The position numbers were made by a program, and so were the translations under genes. Positions 41,690-55,935 of a stretch of DNA of 64,000 nucleotides are shown here, one piece after another; the stretch's first letter is position 1; each line of letters starts with the position of its first letter. This stretch comes from the human T2T-CHM13v2.0 reference genome, Homo sapiens: the NCBI RefSeq assembly GCF_009914755.1, contig NC_060942.1; one strand, 5' to 3'. The notes beneath the pieces are model-generated. The model was not told the origin of the DNA. It worked only from the letters and a program-made list of their open reading frames with translations, and did no database searches.

Positions 41690-43039
41690 TGTGGCTGTAA
41701 CTTTTTCAGTTTAAGGTGTGACAGTAAAACTAACACAAATTTATTTTTTCTTCAACAATTTCATGGCTAGAAGATTTGTTCTTACTGTAGATCTTAGCAA
41801 CCTCACAAAATGTTTTTTCTGACCTTATTAAGCCAAGGACTTCCACATTTTCACTTAAATAAAGCACTTCATGGCTCTCCTTGGTATATCTGTATCATCA
41901 GTGTCACTTCTCTTGTGTTTTGGTGCCATTATTAAGTGAAATAAAGTTTCCTTGAGCACAAATATTGCAACAGCTGATCTGATAACTTAGATGGCTACTA
42001 AGTGACTGACAGACAGGTAGAGTGTATAGTGTGGATGCACTGGACAGAGAGAAGATTTATGTCCTTGGTGGGACAAAGCAGGGCAGTATGAAATGTTATC
42101 ACACCACTCAGAACAATACACAATTTAAAACTTACAAATTGTTTATTTCCAGAATTTTCTGTTTAATATTTTTGGACTGTGATTGACCATAGGTAACTGA
42201 AACTGCACAAAGCAAAACCATGGGTAGAGGGGTACTAGAAATACTACTCTACTTGCTTTTACCTGGGTTCCCTAATATGAGAACTCCCAATGTAGATGGC
42301 CTTAAGCTTGTAACTCACTTCAAAGTCTACAAGGATAGAGAGAAATTTGAGAAACCAAACACATTTAAGTTGTGTCTACATATACAAACTGGTTTTGGGA
42401 GAACTAGTGATGAAACTAAGTTAAGCAATTATTTAGGATGGGATTATCAACAGTTAATTTCTTACTACTGGATCTTGCTGAATTCAACTCCTCCTTCTCC
42501 AAATTCTGTGTGCAGACCATGACCTTAAAATTAGTGCTAACAGCAAAACCCCTTTACCCCTTGCAGATTTTCCTCTTAAGTCTTTCTTAGGAGAAGAATT
42601 GCTCCCATGGTGTGGCAAAAAGTAGATGAGTGTTTTGAAGAGCCATTCAGTTCATTGTTTTTAGTAATAATTGAAACATTGAGTTGAATAGTTTAAAGAC
42701 CTGAATGAATCATCAGATTCAAAATCAGGATCTGAACGGCAACTATTTACAATTGGAACAACCCTAAGCTTCAAAATTTCTATCTTGACTGGGTAAACCA
42801 GGGCAAGTAAAAAGTTGAAGGAGTGATAAAGCTATTGGGAGTAAAATATTTAGAAATCTGAGAGATATTCTTTGAAACACAGACCTTTATTTCATGGGTA
42901 GATAGAGAGATATGTCAAGGATATTGCTGTTTGGGAAGAAAAGAAATTTCCCTTGAAGTACAAGAAGGACTGATTTATATTAATCATCTTATTATATTGA
43001 AGGGCTTAACAGCCACAGCACTGGATCAGTACATCTATG

Positions 43040-43210
43040 ATTGAGTTTTGATGATAATGCTATTATCTGTGTAAGATCAGAAAAAAAATGACTTATCTTC
43101 ATTTTTCTTGTTTTTACAATGGGGTTAATAGTAGCACATGATGGTCTATTCCTGGAAAGTTTTTGGGAGGATGAAATGAGATAATGCTTGTGGTTCCTGA
43201 AAAACACTAA
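43040..43210 (+). mobile_element. MIR relic
   Basis: cattttcttgtttttacaatggggttaatagtagc...gaggatgaaatgagataatgc. Confidence 0.65.
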
Positions 43211-43679
43211 CGGTTCAGTGATGGTTAGCTCTTCGTATTACTGGTAGTATTTGTAAAATATGTCTTAAGCGATTCTTCTGGGCAAGCAGTGAGCTAGAAT
43301 TTGAGGACAGAGTGCCACTGAGCAGCTCACAGTTTAATGGAACAACAGCCACATAATAAATAAGAGCATTATAATGTGACAAGAAACAAAGACAGACATA
43401 GGTAAGGTACATTGACTGTATGGAGGAGGAGTTAAATAATGGCATCAGGTAAATTTAGAAAACACTGTATAAAGGAGGTGATACTTGAGCCCCAATTCAT
43501 ATGATAAATTGAAGTTTCCTAGGAGGGAAAGTATTGTGAGAATGGGTTTTCTGCCTTTTAGTTTTAACGGAAGCTGAATTTGAGTGTGCTTCAATGTAAT
43601 TTTATGATCAATTAATGGTGCATGATTTTATTTATCTAGTTGTTAGCATTCATGGATGTGAGAGAGGAATATAAGTGTA

Positions 43680-44880
43680 TCCATTTGGAAAGGAAACAAG
43701 TGCCGGATTTTGAAAGGCACCATGTAGCAGTCTCAGGACTTTGGATTTAATCCTTTAGGCAATAGTCAGCCATAGAAACTTTAGAAAACTGAGGAGTAAC
43801 ATGATGACATATATTCTGAAATTTTAGAAAGATCACTGTGATAACATTGTTGAGAAAGGATTTTAGGTAAAAAAGACAATATATAAGGCGAATGCATGAG
43901 AGAGTCTTAATTTTAAGTCTGTGAGAAATGGAGGGAGTTTTATCTAAGACAGTAAAAGCAGGGATGGAAAGAAAAATGTAAATCTAAGAGGATGAAATTT
44001 AGGTTCTCAGAAACGTGAGGTATAAAAGAGACACAGATGTCAAGAATGACCATATTGATGGTTATAAATTGAATTAACTCTTTTAATTACTGACACTATT
44101 GTTACAGGACAGGGGTCCTGATCCAGACTCCAAGAGAGGGTTCTTGGATCTTGTGCAAGAAAGAATTCAGGGAGTCCGCAGTGCAAAGTAAAACTAAGTT
44201 TATTAAGAGAGTAAAGTAGTGAAAGCTACCGCATAGACAGAGTAGGAAGTTCCCGAAAGTAAGAGGAGGAATACATCCATCCTAGGTACAACGCTTGTAT
44301 ATATGGGGAGATGTGCTCTGCTACAAGGGTTTGTGATAAAGGATTAATTTTCTGAATGACTATATTTTGCAAGAATCAATATTATTATCTTTAAAGCAAA
44401 ATTAGGAAGCCCTTTGTTCTCCAGATAGCAGGATATTTGGACACTCCCAAGACTGTGTCTGTTTAGTAAATATTATTAATTTGTTCCCTTAACCATAAAC
44501 ATCTAGAGGGTAGGAATGCCTAACTTTCTGAGAATGCAACCCAGTAAGCCCCAGCCTCATTTTTCTAGCCCTTACTTAAGATGGAGTCCCTTTGGTTTGA
44601 AAGCCTCTGACACTATTAATAAAGATAGGGTATACAGATGTGGCTTGGATTAACAAGTAGAGAGAGATATTATATTCCGTTTTGGAAATGATAAATGTGA
44701 GGTGCTTAGCTTACCTAGGAGTGGAAAGTCAGATGCCAAGTGTTATAAATGAGAGACTGAGTGGAGAGGTCTTGCATGACTGTGCTTGCCTGGGGGTTGT
44801 CAGCATGCAGGAGTTAGATGAAACCCACACAGCCACTGTACTTCCCCAGAGACAGACTTGAAAAGAAAGATTAAGGAGTG
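43680..44880 (-). mobile_element. L2 relic split by MER41
   Basis: aggactttggatttaatcct, ttttagaaagatcactgtg, and gggggttgtcagcatgcaggag motifs. Confidence 0.6.
44100..44612 (-). mobile_element. MER41 (ERV1) solo LTR
   Basis: tgttacaggacaggggtcctgatccagactccaagagagggttcttggatct...aagcctctgaca. 4-bp TSD CTAT at 44096-44099 and 44613-44616. Confidence 0.9.
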
Positions 44881-46079
44881 AGCATTATCTTTACTCAGAC
44901 AGAGTACCTAGATGCTCCACCTATATTTAAACAAACAAAAAAGTAAATGTGGTGAAATGTAAAACAGTTGATGAATCCCCATAAAGAGCACAGGAGCTTC
45001 TTGTACTATCCTTACATTTTTTTTTCTAAGTTTAAAATTATATCAAAATAAAAATTTTATCAAAAAAATCTTTGCAACTGTGTCAACAGAAACACTATCA
45101 AATAATTATTCTAAAAATTTGTATAGGATGAAACAGATTGACCAGGTTGATGAGATACTTTCTTTTAATTAGATTTATTAATTGTTTTGCTAATGTTGCC
45201 AGTATAAGACTTTTACTTCAATATTAAGTTCTCTGATATGGATTAATAGGAAGTTGCCTAATTCTGTGATACTGTGAAATTTCCTGGTAATCCATAGTGA
45301 GGAATTAAGTGAATGTGTTATCATTCCAGTCAATGGGTAACAACCAGACCAGAATTCTTCATGAAAATGTAGGGGGGAATGGAGGGGTCAGTTACTAGGA
45401 AGTGCAGTTATAGGAATCCAACTTCAAGGCTGTAAGTTTGACATGTGAGATGAATGTTCATATTAACAGAACTCAGATAATTTATAATCTCTGACTTGGG
45501 GCTCTTACTTGGTAAATGCCATAAAAAATGACATAGTACGTTTTTATTTTGGTAACACCTTCCCATTTCCTTTAGCTTGTGAAAATCTATTGAAGCCCAA
45601 GGGCTTAGAAGAACACCATACTTTTATCTGTTTTCTTTGGGAGGATATGTACAGAAACAACTTATTTTAGTTCCTTGAATGTGGTCATATTGTACCAGCC
45701 AGAAGGGCTTTTTATGAGTCTTCCAATACAAGATAAAGTATATTTTGTTATTAGAATATCAGTTCCAGTAGAGATACCTCTTAAAACTGGCCATTTAACA
45801 GTCTTTGACATTTGGCTTTTAAATGCAAATACATATTTGAAAAAAATCCACAGAATTAATTTTTAATGATTTAAAACATGCAAAAGAATGTTTTCTTTTA
45901 AACTAAGAGTCATCAAAGAAAATTTTAATAATACAATTTTTATTTTATATGAAAAATATTTATATAATTTACATTGGATCTTACCTTTCTTCTCAATAAT
46001 TTTGCTGTTTGATAATTGTTTTGTGTATAGTTTTTAGTAACATTTGAGGGTTGCATACGGTAACAGTGTTCTCTTCAGC

Positions 46080-46255
46080 TGCATGATCTTGTGTGAGTTA
46101 TGCAACCATTCTAAACCACAGTTTCCCCAAAATGAAGATTGTAACAGAATATTTATCATCAGCTTATTATAAATATTAAATGAGATGATGCATATGAAAT
46201 GTTTAGCATGGTGCCTCATCTATTCCAAGTAGTCAATATAAGTAAGCTATTATTA
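46080..46255 (+). mobile_element. MIR relic
   Basis: attaaatgagatgatgcatatgaaatgtttagcatggtgcct. Confidence 0.7.
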
Positions 46256-47739
46256 TCTTAAGATGAAAACTTTAATAATTTTGCCTTTTTGGACTAATGC
46301 ATCTATTAGTCTATTGGCACAGAAAATCAAAACATTCGTATTCATTAATGGTATGAATTGATCATTTATGTTTTTATTATCTGGTCAATTTAATTAAACT
46401 CACAATGTCATTTTATATGCTAATCAATGAATTATATAGTCAGTCAATATTTGTTTTTGAAAACTTACTGTATGTCCCCTGTCTTAGCCATTGTAGAGGA
46501 TACATTATTTATATCTCCCAAAGGTTATTCTTTAGCTAAAAACTGAAAGCATGGCTAGTGTTTGGGTGTTTTGTGATGAACTTGTACCTCTTAGTTATTT
46601 CAATTCTCTTTAATTTAACAAATAGACATGCTCTACTTTCACAGAGGGAATATACAGATTATACAGTTAATGAGGAATATACAGATTATAAGGCTCAGAC
46701 TGTATCCTTAAGAATCAGTCTAGTGGGTAAAACAAATCATCATAGTATAGGGTTATATTCAGCACAATAAGTATGCATAAATGATAAAATGCTAACAGAT
46801 GGTAATGGAGAAAAAAATGACTGGTTATGTCTAGCAGGCTTCAGAGGACTAGATTGAGAATGGAAGCTTGAACTGGGATGTGAAGGATGAGTACACACTC
46901 AGTTCAAAATTCCAGGCAGAGTAAGGAGCCTGGAATACATGAAGAATGAAAGAGCTGGCATGTAAAAATGAATTACATGTTATTTGGTTGCAGAAGAAAA
47001 GAATTAAGTGGATGAGGCAGAGGAAATGGGAATAGATGGTATGGGCAGAATCACATGATACATCTTGTTTATTTCAATTCTCACCACATTTCTTCATGGG
47101 AAATCTAGTTTCCCCTTCTCTTTGGGCTTAAAGTAAAATTCAAATGTCTTTCCCATATGTTCTTTCCCTTTCCATGTGAGATGATAATGTATATATCTCT
47201 TCATGGGTGATTTTCTTGGGTGAAGAAATGAGAAACTAGAAATCTCAAAACAATAAAACATTGTTTTCCAAATGTCTCACTGCTGATCCCTAATGGAGCT
47301 TCCTTCCATTATTCCAAGAGCTGCAATGACTGCTGCAGGACCATAAGGGTTTCTTAGTCCCTTCAGTGGCACCAAATCAACTCTTGATTCTTCCTGAAGG
47401 GGTCACTGAGGAGCCCCAGTTAGCTGTCACTTTTTGAGAAATTATTCAGTCTCCTATTCTTACCTCTGGGAAACAGGCCTGTGAAATAGCCCATGTTGTC
47501 ACATTTCTTGTTGATTTTTAGTTTTTTTTTTTTTTTTTTCTTGGCTATGTTTCAAGTTAGTTCGTTTTACTGCAGTAGCTAAGGGAAAGTTCTGAAGTTT
47601 TCTAGAAGAATCTGCTGAGCTGACTTCTTGGCAGCCAAAAATTCAGTGTTCTAGAATGCCTGGCCAAAGCACAAAGTTCACTTGTAAATAGTAATCTCCC
47701 TATTCACAGAGGGCAGAGAGACGCCTGTGTAAATACCTG

Positions 47740-47910
47740 GAGTAATCCTCAGTTTTCCTAAATTGGACAGGGAAACAAGGGCAGATTTCTGGACCTCATT
47801 CTTACCTGACTGAATCAACATCTCAAGTGGGGGACACGGGATCTGCCTTTTAAGGCAGTGCCTATTCCATAGCAACTTTTTTTCCTCACTAAAGTTTTAA
47901 GAGCTCTGAT
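47740..47910. mobile_element. MER5A-like hAT relic
   Basis: gcagatttctggacctc...actgaatcaacatctc...gggatctgccttttaa. Confidence 0.6.
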
Positions 47911-49242
47911 ATAAACTAAAACATTTGAAGACACTGAAGGATTTTGAAGGTTGCGCTTTGGGAAGATTAACGTACTAGCGTAATACAAGATAGATTAAAT
48001 CAAGGAGAAATTGGAGGCCATGATGTAGTTAGAAAGTTATTGCACTTCTAAAACAGGTCTAAGGGCATGAGGACAGATATTAATCTGGTATTTGGGTGGA
48101 TGTGTGGCTGTAAATCATGGTAATAAATAGAGAAGATTGCAGTATAAATGTTTTCTTTTGATGTGCTTAAAAGACATCTACTGGCATAACAAACTCTGCC
48201 TCATCATTAAGAAATAGTGAAGAGATGGGCATGTGCTTTAACTTAAAAGGGCCAAATGTTCCCTGTGAGTGTTGACATGAAACTGGGAATTAAATATGAC
48301 CATCCAACTTCTCCAAGAAAGACATGCACTGAATTAATAAGCTCGAGAAAGCTTCATCTCGCCCTAGTTGTGAATGCAACCAGATGGCCAGTCACACATG
48401 CCACTGAGAAACACTGAAGTGGTTTTGTCTTTTTTAAAACAAACTAGGTTTTGATTATTCCAAGATGAAAGCTATTATGGAAAATGTTCATTGAGATAGG
48501 ACAACAATGAAGCTGACAAAAAATAGCACAAGAAACAAATAAAAATGAGAGGTTTTGTGGGGACAGGCACAAAGCAGGTTTCCAATTCTGCTTTAGTTAC
48601 CCAGGTAAATGGAATTTTATAATACAAGAGCTGGACAGGACTATTGAGGCTCCAGTCTTCTTCACTATACAAATGAGGAAACAATTCAGAGATGAAGACT
48701 TCCCTGTGTCCTTTAACCTATACCACCAAAGCATTTTTATTTATTTCAAAACTGATGCAAGTCATACCAAAATAAACACGTATATGAGCACTATCTTACT
48801 GATTTTTAAAAATAAACTTCTTTTTAAACCAAGACATAACATAGATTCAGAAAAGTAACACTTAGCATTGTCAATATTCTAATTGATGAATATTTACAAA
48901 ATGAATTATGTAAAAATGATGCAGTAAAGAAAAAGAACATTATCAGTAACTCAAAGTTCTTCTTATCCTCTTTCCCATTCACTATTTACTCTAAGCTTAT
49001 GATCTCAGGTTGTTTTAAGTTTAAGCCTATTAAAAGCAATGCTATTTTGAAATATTTTTGTGCATGTCTTTTATAAATATACATGCTTTTCTAGAAGTAT
49101 TAATTTTAGATTATAATACATGTGTGCAATTAACTTATTAGATTTTACTCGTTTCGTGGCAGATACTTGCACATGGACATTAAAATCAAATTAGCACTGT
49201 CAAGCTTGGGGAAAAGAATAGTCTGTTAATTAACTTTGCTAG

Positions 49243-49608
49243 TGGAATACTATGCAGCCATAAAAAATGATGAGTTCCTGTCCTTTGTAGGGACATGGAT
49301 GAAGCTGGAAACCATCATTCTCAGCAAACTATCGCAAGGACAAAAAACCAAACACCGCATATTCTCACTCATAGGTGGGAATTGAACAATGAGAACACAT
49401 GGACACAGGAAGGGGAACATCACACACCAAGGCCTGTTGTGGAGTGGGGGGAGGGGGGAGGGATAGCATTAGGAGATATACCTAATGTAAATGATGAGTT
49501 AATGGGTGCAGCACACCAACATGGCACATGTATACATATGTAACAAACCTGCACGTTGTGCACATGTACCCTAGAACTTAAAGTATAATAAAAAAAAAAG
49601 AAAAAAAA
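49243..49608 (+). mobile_element. L1PA4/5-like 3' end, heavily 5'-truncated
   Basis: Near-consensus young L1 3' UTR with G-rich tract, ending gtaccctagaacttaaagtataataaaa. Confidence 0.95.
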
Positions 49609-50545
49609 TTAGATATGTATATTTTTAAATGAACCTTGATCCCTACCACACAATATAGACAAAAGTCAATGCCAGGTGTATTGTAGTAAATATTAAAATT
49701 TGAAAAATATAGCTTCAAGAAGTTATATTAAAAAATATTGTCAAGTACCGTGATGACTTTTGGGCAGAGAAAAAAAAACTTTTTATAAATTGATGAAATG
49801 TAGCCACATTAACTCTAAGACTTTCTCTTAAGAAATAAAAAGGTAAACAGAGTGAAAGATAATTGAAATACATGCAACTGGTAAAGGGAATGAATTCAGA
49901 ATATATAAAATCTGATACAACTCAAAGAAAAGACAGCCCAATAAATATTGTGCCAGTCTGGAATGGGCATTTTAGGAGTGAAAATATCCTAATGACCAAT
50001 TAAAATAAAAAACTAACATTAAACTTAGAGTTAAGTACTACCACACACACACTAAATTGGATAAAATTCATTGGAGAGGAAGACAAGCACTGGGTTTTCT
50101 CACACCCTGCTAATGGGAGTGTTAATTGCCACACCTATTTTAAAAGCTGTTCTATATTATTTATTAAAGTTATAAAGACTCTCCTGAGTTTACACCCCAC
50201 AACATATATCCCATGAGACAGGTACTAGAATGCTCACAACAGATTAATTCATAATATCCCAACATGAAAACAACACAATATTTTATCCAAAATAGTACTG
50301 ATTATTAATTTTATATATCAAATTACAGAATACAATAATTAGTATGGTAGGGGTACGCAAACTTTTTTTTAAGAGAGAATAAGGGAGTAGTGATAAAGAA
50401 GAAACATTGTTCAGAAGGTATTGGTGCTCTGCTTTTTTCCCTGGATGATGATTATCCAGTTGTTTGCTTTGCGATTATTCATTGAACCATTCACACATTT
50501 TGTATACTTTTCTGAAATATATTTTTATTTCACAGTAAAAATAAA
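49609..50545 (+). mobile_element. Ancient L1M (L1ME-like) ORF2/3' relic hosting the L1PA fragment
   Basis: Degenerate motifs aatgaaccttgatccctacc, tccagaatatataaa-like, and tgctaatgggagtgttaatt. Confidence 0.6.
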
Positions 50546-52361
50546 CAGAATCAACCAAATTTGATAAAGAATTCTTATACTAGAAATAGAAGAGGAATAT
50601 TGTGGGGTAAAATCTAAAAAAAGAAAAACGTAGCTCCAATACTAATCAGAGTCTTTGGTTAAATTAACATGGCATTTTCACAGTGCCTTATATAAATCAT
50701 TATAGCGTCCTGATGAAATAACAAGTCAAATTAGAGCTTTGGAGGTGGAAGCTCTCTCTGTAAGAGCCCATTTCTTAGTGATAACACAGCTTGGTTTAGA
50801 CAAGGGATTAGGGGCCAAAGGATCTTTTTGAAGGGATATTCAAAAGACTAAGATTATTTGAGGTTAGCTTTTCTAATGTTGACATGTTCCAAATTGTAAT
50901 TCCTCTCCCTATTTCTTAAGGTGGCAGCTTAATTTAATAAAGTGGGAAAATATATGATTATTATTCAGTGTTACGGAATATTCCTTCTTGTATGGAATGC
51001 TCCTCCTCCTCTTAGGTGTGCTGTATCTACTGCTAAAGGTGATTTGCACATGAGATAGTCTCATCCAAAGCTGGCTGACTAGGATTCTAGGAGGACTGCA
51101 GTTGAGACTGGGGCAGAAGAACATTCAGCATCAGGAACTATTCTTGCTGTGGACTTTTCTGGAGCCATTAGTATTTCTGATTCTTTCTGTTTCTGGAAAC
51201 ATCTTTACTGATTATTTTAATAAGACTTTCTACCATTCATCTTTCTCTGTGGTTGTAGACTGTTTTCATGGACAATTGACTACTTGACTTGCTCTCTTCT
51301 CTATGTAGCCTCATCCTTATTGTTTTCATATTTGTTTACATGAACTCTGGTATGCTCATTTTGTGTGCACTCAGCTTCCTGCATTTGACTTTTCACTTGA
51401 TCATTTAAACTCCTGTTTCTTCTTACTTAGCATGAGCACTGTAAATTAACATGGATATGGATGTGGTAAACATGAAGTTTGAAAATAATGATTTTATAAT
51501 AAAAGCAGAGAGAGATAGGAAAGAGACAAGAAACGACTGGGGAGAAAAATAGCCAGAAAGGCATGTGAATAAATAATGAAACAAGTGAAGAGATATTTAA
51601 AAAGGAGCTTGCTTAGAGATGCAATGGAATGAAGAACACTGAAGAAGTGTTGCTCACTAGAGTAGCTACAGGAAATGAGAAGAGAAGCGAGTGTTAGAAA
51701 GGATAGGGATAGTTTGTGGAAGGGTAATACGTACAGCAAACATTTAAAGATGAATAAATTGTTGTAATATAAAGCCAGGTTCAATATCTATTAAGAGCAA
51801 ATAATATGCTTTTGTCCTGAAATTCCTTGGATATGGGACCCAGAAGTAAATGGCAACGAGTCATCAAATACTAGATCAAAGCATCATCTCATTGTATGAT
51901 GTGTGTTAATAAACTGATTTAAGTATATGCCATCTTGATTTTACAAACAATAATAGGAGTTGAGTGAGAAGTGCAGAGTAGCAATTTGATAGAAATTATC
52001 CATTGGTTAGGTAGTGTGAGAAGTCCTGCTGGAGATAAAATGAAAGAACAGGTTGTGGACTGCTCATGCTGAGACAAAGCAAATAATCCAACTGAAATCA
52101 GTGTGTCACCACTGATATCCCCAGACCTCATGGGGAGTAGTCTTCATTCACTTCCCTATGCCATCACCTGCATGACTCAACCTCCCCACCATTGTTGCTT
52201 TCTCTTTTTCTTCAACAAGTATAAAGCTCTGCAATTAGACACACACAATGACTAAGAGCATGGAACTTGCAGTCAGATCTAATGGTGACACAGAAAACAA
52301 ATATGTAATTGGTCAGTTAATTATTTAAGTAAATGCTATAAAAGAGAACTACAGCTTGTTA

Positions 52362-52744
<383 letters not shown>

Positions 52745-53379
52745 TTATCCACAAGTAATGATATTTATGCTGAAATCAGCCTACTTTATGCTTTTAGCAT
52801 ACACAGAGTTACCCCCTTCTTTCACATCTCACCCAGTCCTTGCCCTTCCTGTCCTCTACGTGGAATTCTTCCCAGGGTTCCTTATGGTACATTGCCTGGT
52901 AACTATTTTGAAATGTTTGACTATACCTAAGCTTCGAACAGATTGGAATGGTGCACATCTAAGTGTTTGTTAATATATTCCCTAAGAACACACCATTTAC
53001 TTTGTGCTCTCAAATATATCACATAACATTAGAGTAGAATGTTTTAGTCAAAAAAAAAAATATAAAAGCTTGCAACATACAATGGAAGGCTTGAGGTAGA
53101 GAAGATTGAGTATCACCTGTTGCCATCATCAATGTGTGGTCTAAATGACTTTTAGTTTAATATAATAGCTGCAGCTAATGTAACTAGCAGTGAATTTTAA
53201 ATATTTTCTCATTGAAAACTACTCAGCAAAATTTTTCTGTTTTCAGCATTATAGTGATTCCTCAACAAGACTAAAGAAACAGCATGTGTAAAATACAAGG
53301 TTGAGCACAACATACTCAAATGGTGCCAGGAAGACTCATTTTGGCTGACATAGGGCACTGTCTTACTGCAAGGAAAATA

Positions 53380-53600
53380 GAAGGCAGTATGGTATTGCAG
53401 TTGGGAGACTAGGCTTTTGATGCTGGAAACTGAGTTAAATTCTGGCTCTTTCTCCCACTGCCAACATAAATGTTCATAGGTTACTTACTCAGTCTGCCTC
53501 AGTTTCTTCATTTGTAAAATAGTGATACATATTATATCATCACAAGGTTGCTTTGAGGATTTAATGGAATATTGCAAGTATAACAGCTCAGAAGAGGACT
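53380..53600 (+). mobile_element. MIR
   Basis: MIR core ctgcctcagtttcttcatttgtaaaatag...gaggatttaatg. Confidence 0.8.
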
Positions 53601-53949
53601 ATACTAATACAGAATATTACTGCTACAAGTGATTGAAGCCCAATTTAAGTTGGCTGAAAGAAATAAACAAATAAAATATATTTTTGGCTTAGATAAAAGA
53701 GAAGGACAGGGGTGGGGTTGAACTTCAGGTCTTGTGAATCTAAGAAATCAAATTACCTGTCTCAACTTGTTCCATTGAGTCTCAGCTTCATTCTTTCCTA
53801 CTGCAAATAGATCTCTTCTGCTTTTTGGAAGACATGACACAGGTTCTTTTAGACTTAATACCATCTTTCCTTGTCAATTGTTTGTACTTGGGGCATACGG
53901 TCACATGTTGATTTTATGTTGAGTCTCGCTAATGTCCAATGCTGATGTG

Positions 53950-54435
53950 AGTTTGCAGAGAGACGATGCCCAGTTAAATTTGAATTTCGAATGAACAGCA
54001 GATTTGTTTGTTTGAGACAAGGCCTCACTTTGTTGCCCAGGCTGCAGTGCAGTGGTGCAATTATGGCTCACTGCAAAGTCAACCTCCTGGGCTCAAGTGA
54101 TTCTCCTGCCTTAGCTGCCCCCAAGTAGCTGGGACTACAGGGTAAGCCACCACACCCAGCAAATTTTTGTATTTTTAGTAGAGACAGATTTCTCCATATT
54201 GCCCGGGTTGGTCTCAAACTCCTGGGCTCAAGAGATCTGCCAGTCTCAGCGTCCCAAAGTGCTGGGATTACAGATGTGAACCACCAAGCCTGGCCAAACA
54301 GCAAATTTTTAAAAAATACATAATTTCTCATGCAATATTTGAGACATATTTGGACTAAAAATTGTAGATAATTGTTTTACTTATCTGATTTATTTATCAA
54401 TACATTTTTTATTAATGGGTTCTTTGTATTCTGAC
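53950..54435. mobile_element. MER53-like palindromic hAT MITE split by AluJ
   Basis: Left arm tgcccagttaaatttgaatttc; centre tctcatgcaatatttgagacata. Confidence 0.7.
54003..54295 (-). mobile_element. AluJ
   Basis: J diagnostics (ctcctgggctcaag twice). TSD core AACAGCA. Confidence 0.95.
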
Positions 54436-55379
54436 AGAAATACCTTGAATATGTTGCTGGGCTCTATCTTGCTAGCCTTTGTAGTAACTTATTAGATAAG
54501 ATCTAAGATAATGCCACATTATTGTTCTGTCATGCTTAACCCACAGTCGAGCTATAAGAAATGCTTATGCAATCTTTGTCCTGGTTAATGCTGAGAGTGT
54601 AGGTCACCAGTTTCCCCAACTCTTTTTTCCCCTTAAATGTTAGATACCTCATTTGTCCCCACTATTTGTCTCTTGTCTTTAGCATTTTCAGTCTGCAGTC
54701 TGGCATGATTTCACTGCACTTTTTCTCCTACAGGTGACACATATTACATATTCAGAGAGGTCACATTGGATTTCCATTCTCCAAGCCTGAGGTAAGAAGC
54801 AGACACTCTCTACCTCTACCCTTAGGAGAAGAAATTCTCAGCAAAGAAACACCTCCTTCCATGAAAGTGTCTTCAAATTCTTTCCATCTCCAAACCAAAT
54901 CCTTCTATTCTCTATACTCCTTTGATTTTTTTTTTTTTTTTTGAAATTTGCATTGTGTTGGGAAGCTCACTTTGGTGCATTTTATCGTTTCTATCTTGGT
55001 GCTTTCAACACAATTCCTAGCTTAATATCCTGTCCATATGAAATAACACATAGGAATACATAATCTCTAAATTGTCTTCTTTCACTGCTTTTCTACATTA
55101 TCTGGGACAGCTTTCTGCTGTTCTGTTCTGAGTGATTTTTGTCCCCCTAAATGTTAGATATCTCATTTTTGCTATACAAATTTTTTCTGGTCTTGAAGTT
55201 TATTTGCAAATATTCTTATTGTAACATCAGAGGAGTTGTCACCTAGTGACTATAGGAGCTACAAAGAAGCAAAATTATTTTAAAAATATACAAGAGCATG
55301 TGTATCCACAGTGGATGCATCTTTCTAAAAAGCCATTTTAAAAAATATAACCTTCCTTAAAATTCTCCAAGATCTCCCA

Positions 55380-55935
55380 TCGCTTACCAGATAAGGTATA
55401 CAATGCTAAATAGGACATTCATACATTCCATGATGTGGTCCTTGCTTATTTCTCTCATTTTTACCCTTACCCCTCCTCAGTGTGTACCTTCTTTGAGGCC
55501 ATTATATTTAAATGCTTTAAGCTACTCTATGACTCCATGCCTTTGCTTACTCTGCTTCATTGTCTTAAATGCCTTTCTTGGTCTTATTCAAGTGGCAAAA
55601 AACTAGTCAGATTTTAAAACTCAAGTTGAAAAATCATCTGTCCTAAACCGTTTTTGTTGAGGTTCTGTCACCCCCCTCTCTCAGAGAACTACAGTCCCCT
55701 CCTCTCTGGTCTGTGGACCTCATTGATTCTCGCAAACACTACTGGGATGACTTTACAAAAAAAAATGATTTTAATTATTACTTACTTCTATTTGATTATA
55801 AATGTCTGTCTTCCTCTATCAGACTCTTAATTCTTTGAGCCAGAATCTATATAAATTTTCTCTGCAACCCCAGCAGCTAGTTCAGTATCTTGCACATGGC
55901 ATATGCTCATGTAATGTTGTTCAGAGAGTAAATTA
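55380..55935 (+). mobile_element. L2 relic
   Basis: Ends ...cccagcagctagttcagtatcttgcacatggcatatgctc...aatgttgtt, an L2 3' end. Confidence 0.6.

Noticed and set aside
47464-47478. 15-nt minus-strand microexon (tttcacag|GCCTGTTTCCCAGAG|gtaaga)
   Set aside because: The polypyrimidine tract is weak, and such a pair is expected by chance in 64 kb.
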